This document shows, piece after piece, positions 9,082 through 16,425 of a DNA stretch of 32,078 bases (within the stretch, counting starts at the first letter, position 1; each line of letters opens with the position of its first letter). Position numbers and translations under genes: made by a program. The notes below the pieces were generated by a model. It worked only from the letters and a program-made list of their open reading frames with translations. It was not told where the DNA came from and searched no databases. The stretch is from the IMG/VR virus record IMGVR_UViG_3300028886_003642, one strand, 5' to 3'. Source of the stretch: a virus (taxonomy: Duplodnaviria; Heunggongvirae; Uroviricota; Caudoviricetes).

Positions 9082-10593
9082 TTAAGTAGCTGTAGGCTGT
9101 ACTGCTGAAACTCCTTCAACATCTACTGGTGCTCCTTTATTTTCTAGCCCATCTAATTCATCAATAAGTTTTTGAGTAACACTAAAATCAAGATCATCGG
9201 TCATTGCACGAATAACTTTCTTCTTTACTTCATAGTTTAATCCTTCACTTATATTAAAACCAAATGTAGTTAAAGCATTTGCTAATGTTTCTGATACATC
9301 AACTACTCCATATTCTTTATTATAAGTTACAAAATAATTTGACATATCCTCATTCATATAAGAACCAAACATAAATGCTATAATTCTTTCTGTTGCCTGA
9401 AGATTCTCTGCTAAATCCATAATAGTACGGAAAAGCTGTAAATTATCCCACTTCTTAGCAAGCCCAGACACATTAGAAATATTTTGCTGATTTAAGAATG
9501 TTAAATTTGCTTGCCTAAATATCTCCTTTATGATTAATTCTATTTCCTTAACAATCATATCTGTTGGCTTATCACTAGGAGATATAAATTTAGGAGATTG
9601 CTGACCATCTCTAAATAATAATGTATCTGTTACACCTACTCTTATAGGATCATTTTCTGGATCTTCATATTCATCCTCATCACCTATTGGATAAAGAAGT
9701 ATAGAAAAAGCTTGTCCACGATTTATACAGTCAAGAGAACTTAACTGATTATATAAAGCAAAAGAACTTCTAGCAATACCATACAAATCAGATTGTGGAA
9801 TTAAATCATCTGTTGCATTTAATACTCCATATAAAGGTATTACTGGTATTCTTCCAATAGTATTTTCAAATACTTCTTCTTCATCCTTTACTTTTTTTCT
9901 ACATATTGTATCAGTCCATGTCCATGTTTCAGTGATAGAAGAAGTTTCTCCTTTATCATCTATTACTTCATTTTGAACTGTATATGTTATACTTATAAGC
10001 CTACCAAATTTATCCCTTGAATATTTAGTTACTTGACTAGGACTTACTAAATACAAATACGGATATATTCTTTCTTCGGCTATTTTCTTTTTTGTTAATA
10101 CTACATTTGGGTCAACTTTAGGTGCGTCTATTACAATGAATTCTACACCATGTAATTTAGCTCTTATTGCAGCCTTTTTCATAAATCTAGTAAGAGTTGT
10201 ATTATTGCCATCTACATTATTTATAAATAACTTAAATGTATCTGAAAAATTATCCCTTACTGGATCTGATTTAAATATTGGATTTACGTGCGAGTCAATT
10301 ATCGGCTTAATAAAATTTATATAATAAGCTAAATCCTGTCTATGTGCATATTTATCTGCTTTTTCTACTGGAAAGGGTACTAGGTATGTTCCATCCTCGA
10401 ATCCACCACTTCCACGATAAGCATCATCCAGTAATTTATATTTATTTAAATTACCTGCATTATATTTAGCTCCCATTAACAACTGCTGGGTCATCTCATT
10501 AAAAGATTTTTCCACTCTTTCATAATGCTCTATATCACCAGAAGCACCCAATACATTTCTCTTTATACCTATTTCTTTATTATGTACTGACAT
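9082..10593 (-). CDS. portal protein
   Basis: 503 aa directly after terL; YYINFIKPIIDSHV, IGRIPVIPLY, SGLAKKWD motifs typical of SPP1-like portals. Confidence 0.85.
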   Translation of the reverse strand: MSVHNKEIGIKRNVLGASGDIEHYERVEKSFNEMTQQLLMGAKYNAGNLNKYKLLDDAYRGSGGFEDGTYLVPFPVEKADKYAHRQDLAYYINFIKPIIDSHVNPIFKSDPVRDNFSDTFKLFINNVDGNNTTLTRFMKKAAIRAKLHGVEFIVIDAPKVDPNVVLTKKKIAEERIYPYLYLVSPSQVTKYSRDKFGRLISITYTVQNEVIDDKGETSSITETWTWTDTICRKKVKDEEEVFENTIGRIPVIPLYGVLNATDDLIPQSDLYGIARSSFALYNQLSSLDCINRGQAFSILLYPIGDEDEYEDPENDPIRVGVTDTLLFRDGQQSPKFISPSDKPTDMIVKEIELIIKEIFRQANLTFLNQQNISNVSGLAKKWDNLQLFRTIMDLAENLQATERIIAFMFGSYMNEDMSNYFVTYNKEYGVVDVSETLANALTTFGFNISEGLNYEVKKKVIRAMTDDLDFSVTQKLIDELDGLENKGAPVDVEGVSAVQPTAT

Positions 10594-10633
10594 TGATTAT
10601 TATCTCACCTCCCGTACATAATATTTATAAATA

Positions 10634-13600
10634 TTACCAACCAACATTACGCGATACATTTTCTACTTTATGTTTATCTTTAAGCCTCATGCATAAATAT
10701 CTAGAAGCGTCCATTACGTGATCTTCTGTTTTAAGTGGACGATCTTCACCACGCAACTGAGCTTTTGAATCCCATGAATATGTATGTACTTCTTTTATAA
10801 AAAATCTACATTCATTAGATACAAATAAAGTTCTAGCTCCTATAAAAGTAGCCATAGTCCTTATACCATCTATAACAGAATTATTTGCATTTTTAGCCTT
10901 CATATGAAATCTTCTTAATTGAAGTTTAAAACTAGCAGCTGCTGGGTCAATCATTATTTCAATATCACGATACCCTTTACCAGTTAAATACTTATTTTCT
11001 TCTATAAAAGCTCTCATATCTTCTGCAAATTCTAAATCTGTTTTTTGAACGTCATAATCATTTTCCCTTCTAGCTTCTTCTCTACCAGCAAAATAATATT
11101 CTTTCACAATATATATATTACCATCAGTATCTTTACCACCAAGTAAAAATACAGTAGCATTACCAGTACCATAGTCAACACCAATGCACCATTTAATAAT
11201 TTTATCATAAGGTATTTCATTAGGATTAACTATATTTTCTCTATCAGAAAACATATCATATATTAATCCGTCTGCAACTACCCATTTCTAGCTTTACCAT
11301 ACAGGCTCTTTATCCTGTAACTAAGATTTCTCTTAGAGTTGGACTATCTCTTAACCATATCATCTAAGACTTAGGTTGTGGATTTCGTGGACTTTCACCA
11401 TATATTTATAATACTTAGGTTACTTATCTAGTCTCTAAACCTTCAAGACATTTCTATACTTGATTGGTAATTGATTAGCATTTTACAGCTTTCCAATTTT
11501 AACCCACTTTATTTTCAATTAGCTTTCGCTAAAAGGACAGCAAATGTTTACCGTCTATAAATCTTTTCTTAAAAACACCAGAATACATTGTCTTATATCT
11601 ATTTTTTACTTCTTCTGACAATGTTAAATTATCGTCCATAGTAAAATGAACATACATACCATTTTTTTCTTTTAAGTGTTTTAATACATCTTGATAAAAC
11701 CAATGATGTGGTGAAGCTGGGTTACAGCAAACCATACACTTTGATCCATCCACAGATAAACGTGCTGTAGCTTGATTAAAAAAACTTTGTGGTATTAGTG
11801 CAACTTCCAGTTATGTTATCTCTTAGGCTTTTTATCCTAAGATTCTATATGTCACCATATAGCTCGGCATATATTTTCACCATATCTATGTCCATATAGA
11901 CTTAGGTGTTGGAGACTCGTGGAAACATTATATTCTACTAACGTAGGTTCAGTTTCTATGCTCTACAATACTGAATACACTTTAGATTATTCAGTTATCT
12001 AGGTATTATCTTAAAAAGACTTCCACCTATTTTCCCCAATAATAATACAATATATTTCTATACTGCACGACAAATTTTATCAATATATAGCGCACACAAA
12101 GTGATCCCTTGGATCAAGTCTGCTGATGATTCCAATTATGTTATCGTAAAGGCTTTTTATCCTCTACTTCTATATGTCACCATATAGCTCGGCTTAAATC
12201 TTCACCATATTTAATTAAAACTTAGGTGTCGGAGTCTCGTGGAAATATTATATTCTACATAAAAATATAGGTTCAATTTCTAAGCTCTACAATACTAAAT
12301 AATTTTTAATTTATTTAGTTATCTCGGAATTTTCTATATATTCTTCATAACCTCTATGAATGTCCTGAAAATGATCATATACTGCATACATGTCATAATT
12401 ACGCTTTTTCAATCTTGCACTAAGAGTATCTTGTTTTATATTCATAATATCTGACCAATCATGAATAGTCTTAGTCTCACCATTAAACTCAACAAATCTA
12501 ACACTACACTTAATTGGTGTTTCCAATATATCCTCAACAGACCATCCACGCTCATATCTAGAACATAAAGCTCTATAAACTAATCCAAGTTTATCAGCCC
12601 ATTGCTTAAGATTATGTGTTTCACCATTATAAGTTAAAACAACATTTGATCTCATATTATTTCGTTGCTCAAATATAGTTGCCCATCTACAATTTGATGG
12701 TTCGTAGTTACCATTCACATCTATACGGTCTATGGTTAAATCATCACTATATCCACTACTCATTGCCCAATAATAAAAATTAGTGAATCCCAAAATATCA
12801 TCTAACCACTCATCACAAACTGTTATACCACGACCACCATAATGCTTATAATCTTTATTATTAACATTATAGCATCTGTGCTTCATCCTATTCCAACAAC
12901 GATATATTCTTGTATTAGACATTCCAGTTAATGGTTCCATGCTATAATACCTCCAAATAAAAATTTATAAACATATTATAACACAAAACAAAAAAGAAGT
13001 CAAGACTTTTTCCGATTTACCCCGATTATAATACATATAGTTTCCTACATGCACGACAAATCAATATCTTTAGCACCAAAAAGCCAAAATAAATTTGTTA
13101 CACCATTTTTAGTTATTTCTAAATAATTATCTGCTCTATGATCTACACAATCATATCCCATACCTAATAACATTTGCTTTAACGTATTAACTACATTCCT
13201 ACGTAATGCGCCGCTTGATCTCATTATGTTATCCTATAGGCTTTTTATCCTATAGTTCTATATATTACTATATAGCTCGGAGTACATTTTCATCATATCT
13301 AACTAAAGACTTAGATGTTGAACACTCGTGGAGATATTATATTTATTCAATCTCTACTCTCTACACTACTAACTGACCTATTCGCAATTCAGTTAGTTAG
13401 CTCGATATTGTCCTATTTTTTAAACTACACCTACGATTATTTGCTTGTTCTTTATGTGTTGCCCAAGTACAGTTTTCTTTACAATAATTGCCATTAACAT
13501 CAATTCTTTCTATAGTCGTTTCATGTTCACCAAATTCTTCTACATGTTTTAAATAAGACTCATACATGTCTTCTTTAAATTCTTCAAAAGAATTCCAAAG

Positions 13601-14491
13601 ACATTTTATACCTCTACCACCATAATCAGCATACTTATTAGAAGTCTCACAATTACACCTATATTTAATACCATCCCATATCTTATAAAATCGTGTAAAG
13701 TACATGCCATGCTTCATATTTGAATAGGGCAATGCTACATCTTTATAACATCCGCAAGACTTAGTATCATTATTAACTAAATGATCGAGCCTAACACTAA
13801 CTTCATTTCCACACTCGCATAAGCATTTCCAATAAGTACCTCTATAAGGTACACTTCTGTCAATTTCAATTGCAGTCAACCTACCAAACTTTTGACCAGC
13901 AATATCTAAAATATCGTGCTTAATTTTCTTTGCTTTTTCACTAGCCAATTCGCGATTATAACAACCACAAGATTTAGTATGACCATTACGAAGATTTTGA
14001 CCAATTACTACAACTGTATTACCACAATCACATAAACACTTCCAATAAGAACCTTTACCCTTAACCTTATGATCAAGAGAAATAACAAGTAACCTACCAA
14101 ACTTTTTACCAATCATATCTATAGTCTTTTTTCCTGACATTTCAACTTACTCCCCCTAACTTTTTACTTTTATTAAAGCATAAAAAAGTCAAAATGTCAA
14201 ATAGGAATTTTATCGAATTTGCTCAATTTTCTAAATAATGTTTCCATTATTAGGGGCAAATCAATTACCCACCATTGCAGCATTCATTCCATTAAATGTA
14301 TCCATTACAAACAATACAAATGAAAGTGAACAGCAAATAGTTTTGCCACTTCTGACACTACCATCTGCAACCAATAAAAACTTATCACTTACTGGAGAAT
14401 TATCCTGCCAATATGTTAATACTTTCATTTGTTTTTTACTAAAAGGCTTAAACTTAAATCCAGTTAATTTTAATTTTTTCTGATTAGCCAT
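10634..14491 (-). CDS. terL: terminase large subunit, spliced from 5 exons (14267-14491, 13066-13221, 12079-12132, 11550-11807, 10634-11287); 448 aa
   Basis: Exons of 75+52+18+86+217 codons join in frame: Walker A ADGSVRSGKT, MVG|RSSGALRRNV, FGAKD|ESSADLIQG, Walker B LYID|EVAL, RFIDG|KWVVADG, nuclease IGVDYG...DPAAASF...DHVMDASRY. Confidence 0.9.
11288..11549 (-). mobile_element. terL group I intron 4, ORF-less (262 nt)
   Basis: P1: exon GACGGU pairs with GCUGUC (U-G at splice site); P7 GACUA/UAGUC; terminal G; P10 CAUUU pairs with exon AAAUG. Confidence 0.9.
11808..12078 (-). mobile_element. terL group I intron 3, ORF-less (271 nt), inserted inside Walker B
   Basis: Follows GAU; guide GUCG pairs with exon UGAU; P7 GCAUA/UAUGC; 3' end GAUAACAUAACUG. 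Confidence 0.88.
12311..12940 (-). CDS. intron-encoded HNH homing endonuclease
   Basis: IYRCWNRMKHRC...YGGRGITVCDEW...LTIDRIDVNGNYEPSNCRWAT...QRNN; GGAGG RBS. Confidence 0.9.
   Translation of the reverse strand: MEPLTGMSNTRIYRCWNRMKHRCYNVNNKDYKHYGGRGITVCDEWLDDILGFTNFYYWAMSSGYSDDLTIDRIDVNGNYEPSNCRWATIFEQRNNMRSNVVLTYNGETHNLKQWADKLGLVYRALCSRYERGWSVEDILETPIKCSVRFVEFNGETKTIHDWSDIMNIKQDTLSARLKKRNYDMYAVYDHFQDIHRGYEEYIENSEITK
12975..13003 (-). promoter_or_regulatory. promoter inside intron 2 driving the HNH gene
   Basis: TTGACT-17-TATAAT about 35 nt upstream of the ATG. Confidence 0.65.
13222..14266 (-). mobile_element. terL group I intron 1 (1045 nt) carrying an HNH gene
   Basis: P1: exon GGGU pairs with GCCC; P7 GAGUA/UACUC; P10 UGAUUU pairs with exon AGAUCA; 3' end GAUAACAUAAUG. 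Confidence 0.88.
13397..14140 (-). CDS. intron-encoded HNH homing endonuclease with two Cys-rich N-terminal repeats
   Basis: Two GxKFGRL...YWKCLCxCGN...HTKSCGC repeats, then YGGRGIKC...TTIERIDVNGNYCKENCTWATHKEQANN. Confidence 0.9.
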   Translation of the reverse strand: MSGKKTIDMIGKKFGRLLVISLDHKVKGKGSYWKCLCDCGNTVVVIGQNLRNGHTKSCGCYNRELASEKAKKIKHDILDIAGQKFGRLTAIEIDRSVPYRGTYWKCLCECGNEVSVRLDHLVNNDTKSCGCYKDVALPYSNMKHGMYFTRFYKIWDGIKYRCNCETSNKYADYGGRGIKCLWNSFEEFKEDMYESYLKHVEEFGEHETTIERIDVNGNYCKENCTWATHKEQANNRRCSLKNRTISS

Positions 14492-15173
14492 CTTTTAGAG
14501 CTTCTTCTAGCTCATCATCAACCCCTTCAACGGCATCATCATCCCAAACTTCATCTGTCTTACCTTGAATTGCTTTGATAATTGAATCAGAATTATCATC
14601 TTTTTCTTCTTTCTTCTCTCCCCAACCAAAGTATTGACGAAGTTTTTCCCACGCTTGCATTTTATCTGGAAGATTTATAGAAATACCATCTCTGCCTTGC
14701 TTTACTGAAACAATTAAAGATGCATCTACTTCTTCACTATCTACCAAATGCATTTTATTTACAAATTTAGTTATTGGTTCTCCTGTATCTGGATCTCTCA
14801 TTACTGACCCATCTTTATCTAATACTGGAACTTCTTCTTCACTAAATTTTAGATAATCACTAATATCTGCTCTGGCTGATTTTATTAAAAACTCAAGATA
14901 TTCATTAGGATCAATATCAAATACTCTCTGCTGAACTTTCTTCAACTTTTTTATTGCCGATTTTATCTTAGGCTTATTTCTAAGTCTATTGCCCATTACA
15001 GCACCCTTATATTTATCATACTTATAAACTTGCATTGCTGCTTGTGTAGCATTATAAGACTGTAAATATCTTAGGACAAATTCTTGCTCTTTATCTGTTA
15101 AATCAAGACCATCTAATAGATCCGACATAAAATCAACTGAGTCTTCTTTATCTATTTTAGTTTTCTTTGCCAT
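14484..15173 (-). CDS. terS: terminase small subunit
   Basis: LTDKEQEFVLRYLQSYNATQAA HTH, DKMQAWEKL motif; overlaps the terL start. Confidence 0.88.
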   Translation of the reverse strand: MAKKTKIDKEDSVDFMSDLLDGLDLTDKEQEFVLRYLQSYNATQAAMQVYKYDKYKGAVMGNRLRNKPKIKSAIKKLKKVQQRVFDIDPNEYLEFLIKSARADISDYLKFSEEEVPVLDKDGSVMRDPDTGEPITKFVNKMHLVDSEEVDASLIVSVKQGRDGISINLPDKMQAWEKLRQYFGWGEKKEEKDDNSDSIIKAIQGKTDEVWDDDAVEGVDDELEEALKDG

Positions 15174-15303
15174 TTCCTCCCCCTTCCCTTTAATAATTAC
15201 ACATCTTTCTCAATATTAAAATCTACATGAGCGAAAAGCCTGTTTCGGCATCCTCGCCCATGTAAATAATAGAAAGAGAAAGAAATAAGAACTATCTAAT
15301 TCT

Positions 15304-15332
15304 ATTATATCACAATTTTCTGAATTTGTCAA
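15304..15332 (-). promoter_or_regulatory. sigmaA promoter of the terS-terL-portal operon
   Basis: TTGACA-17-TATAAT. Confidence 0.75.
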
Positions 15333-15337
15333 ATTAT

Positions 15338-15469
15338 AAAAAGGAGAGGTGACACCTGCAAGTATTCCTCTCCCACGAGCAGTTATATCATACTCAGGAT
15401 TCTACGGTTGCCTATAGCGGGCTGTAGATAACCCATATTGTAATCACCGCACCCATTGCCTTGATTACA
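15338..15469 (-). ncRNA. candidate standalone structured RNA (~135 nt), family unknown
   Basis: Own promoter (TTGACA-17-TATACT, 15475-15503), 5' hairpin UGUAAUCA/UGAUUACA, central CUAC/GUAG and GCC/GGC stems, terminal GGAGAGG/CCUCUCC-UUUUU; no convincing ORF. Confidence 0.55.
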
Positions 15470-15513
15470 TAATTAGTATAACAAAGAAAAAATAATTTGT
15501 CAACCCCTATAGC

Positions 15514-15540
15514 AAAAAAGAGCCAAATTTTTTGGCTCTT
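15514..15540 (-). terminator. intrinsic terminator of the repeat/tRNA operon
   Basis: AAGAGCCAAA/TTTGGCTCTT stem followed by a T-run on the minus strand. Confidence 0.85.
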
Positions 15541-15588
15541 CTTTACGAAAGGAGTTAATCTATATGTATCACTAAGGAGAAAACAATT

Positions 15589-15662
15589 TGGTAGCAGGTT
15601 CCGAACTCGAATCGGAATTTGAAGATCATGACTCTCCCGTACTACCTTTATACTAACCTGCG
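15589..15662 (-). tRNA. atypical tRNA with CAU anticodon (Met-like), encoded CCA
   Basis: 74-nt cloverleaf; C1:U72 mismatch, loop GUCAUGA, A53:U61 T-stem, UUCGAGU T-loop. Confidence 0.7.
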
Positions 15663-15671
15663 ATTATAACC

Positions 15672-15738
15672 GTAGCAAAGGAGGCTGAACTAGTATTGCT
15701 CCGCACATAAAAGTCGCAGAACCAGCCCCAGATGCTAC
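15672..15738 (-). ncRNA. 67-nt structured element between the two CAU tRNAs
   Basis: GUAGCA/UGCUAC outer stem and GGGGCUG/CAGCCUC inner stem; no ORF. Confidence 0.45.
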
Positions 15739-15777
15739 TATACAATAAACATACATTTCTGTATGATTTTGCTAATA

Positions 15778-15854
15778 TGGTGGATCGTATTGGATTTGAA
15801 CCAATGACCTGCTGATTATGAGTCAGATGCTGCTAACCACTGAGCTAACGATCC
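15778..15854 (-). tRNA. tRNA-CAU, probably Ile2 (lysidine type) rather than Met
   Basis: GGAUCGUUAGCUCAG...CUCAUAA...GGUUCAAAUCC...CGAUCCACCA; GGA acceptor start and CUCAUAA loop resemble Firmicutes tRNA-Ile2. Confidence 0.9.
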
Positions 15855-15860
15855 ATAATA

Positions 15861-15935
15861 TGGCCTCCCTAAGATGACTCGAACATCTGATATAGGATTA
15901 GAAATCCCATGTTATATCCACTTAACTATAGGGAG
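15861..15935 (-). tRNA. tRNA-Arg(UCU)
   Basis: CUCCCUA/UAGGGAG acceptor, UGGGA-UUUCUAA-UCCUA anticodon arm, GUUCGAGUC T-loop, CCA end. Confidence 0.92.
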
Positions 15936-15947
15936 ATAATATAATAC

Positions 15948-16336
15948 TAGACACATTCATGTATCTCTGAAATACCCAAAAGAATATTTGCTGTCTGTGC
16001 CTATTTATTTTACTAGATCCCATTAAAAAGATAATCAGTCTTTAATTATGTTTTAGAAATATATTATTGCTGAAAGGATCTACTATAATTTCTTAATCGT
16101 ACTAGACTCATCAAAACTTAGCTGTTTCCCATTAACGCATATATTTTTGCTGTCAGAATCTACTAAGTCTGCAAGACACATATAAAGTATTCAAATTAAC
16201 AGTTTGAGCTTTTTATTTGCTGTTCGTGTCTTATAAGAGGTGATAAAATGTTGAATTTAAGGAGAAACGAGACACATTTGAAAAAGTAAAATTGGCATAT
16301 TAAGTATTTTCTTCTGTATTTGCTGTTTCGTGTCTC
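15948..16336 (-). repeat. array of five hairpin RNA units with conserved CAGCAA motif (15948-16003, 16014-16082, 16103-16162, 16173-16232, 16269-16336)
   Basis: Each unit: 7-bp closing stem (e.g. GAGACAC/GUGUCUC, UAGAUCC/GGAUCUA), a 3-4 nt linker, CAGCAA(A/U), a variable region, then AUG leading into the 3' stem strand. Stems covary between units. Confidence 0.85.
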
Positions 16337-16348
16337 AACTATGTTTAT

Positions 16349-16377
16349 ATTATAACATAAAATAGGAGGATTGTCAA
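16349..16377 (-). promoter_or_regulatory. sigmaA promoter immediately upstream of the hairpin array/tRNA operon
   Basis: TTGACA-17-TATAAT with TG extension and an A-rich upstream tract; predicted +1 about 5 nt before the first unit. Confidence 0.8.
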
Positions 16378-16425
16378 GCTATTTTTTTTATTTTTTTCTT
16401 CAAGTCCATTCCCCAAGAGGTTTTC

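Larger units (their letters stand above)
12133..13065 (-). mobile_element. terL group I intron 2 (933 nt) carrying an HNH gene
   Basis: Follows GAU; P7 GCUUA/UAAGC; P10 UGAUUU pairs with exon GAAUCA; 3' end GAUAACAUAAUUG. Confidence 0.88.

Noticed and set aside
11529-14491. ORF-track entries 14261-14491, 11529-11753 and 10634-11254 as separate genes or a terL pseudogene
   Set aside because: They are exons that rejoin in frame at U/G-bounded group I junctions.
15380-15440. SAM-I riboswitch or hammerhead ribozyme in the orphan RNA (UUAUC, GGCAACC, CUGAG)
   Set aside because: The SAM-I P2/kink-turn/pseudoknot elements and the hammerhead CUGAUGA/GAAA core are absent.
15541-15588. tRNA-associated theta (HDV-like) ribozyme after the last tRNA
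   Set aside because: The trailer is AU-rich with no nested double-pseudoknot pairing that I could find.
15682-15691. 10-nt complementarity (AGGCTGAACT) between the 67-nt element and the leader hairpin
   Set aside because: A 10-mer match is expected by chance among all position pairs in a few kb; no further support.
15948-16336. CRISPR array interpretation of the hairpin repeats
   Set aside because: Units are not identical direct repeats; the conserved parts are the two arms of a stem enclosing the variable part, spacing is irregular, and no cas genes are present.
15948-16336. Degenerate tRNA genes or a run of terminators
   Set aside because: No D or T arms, no CCA ends and no U-tracts after the stems; only anticodon-like sub-hairpins are present.
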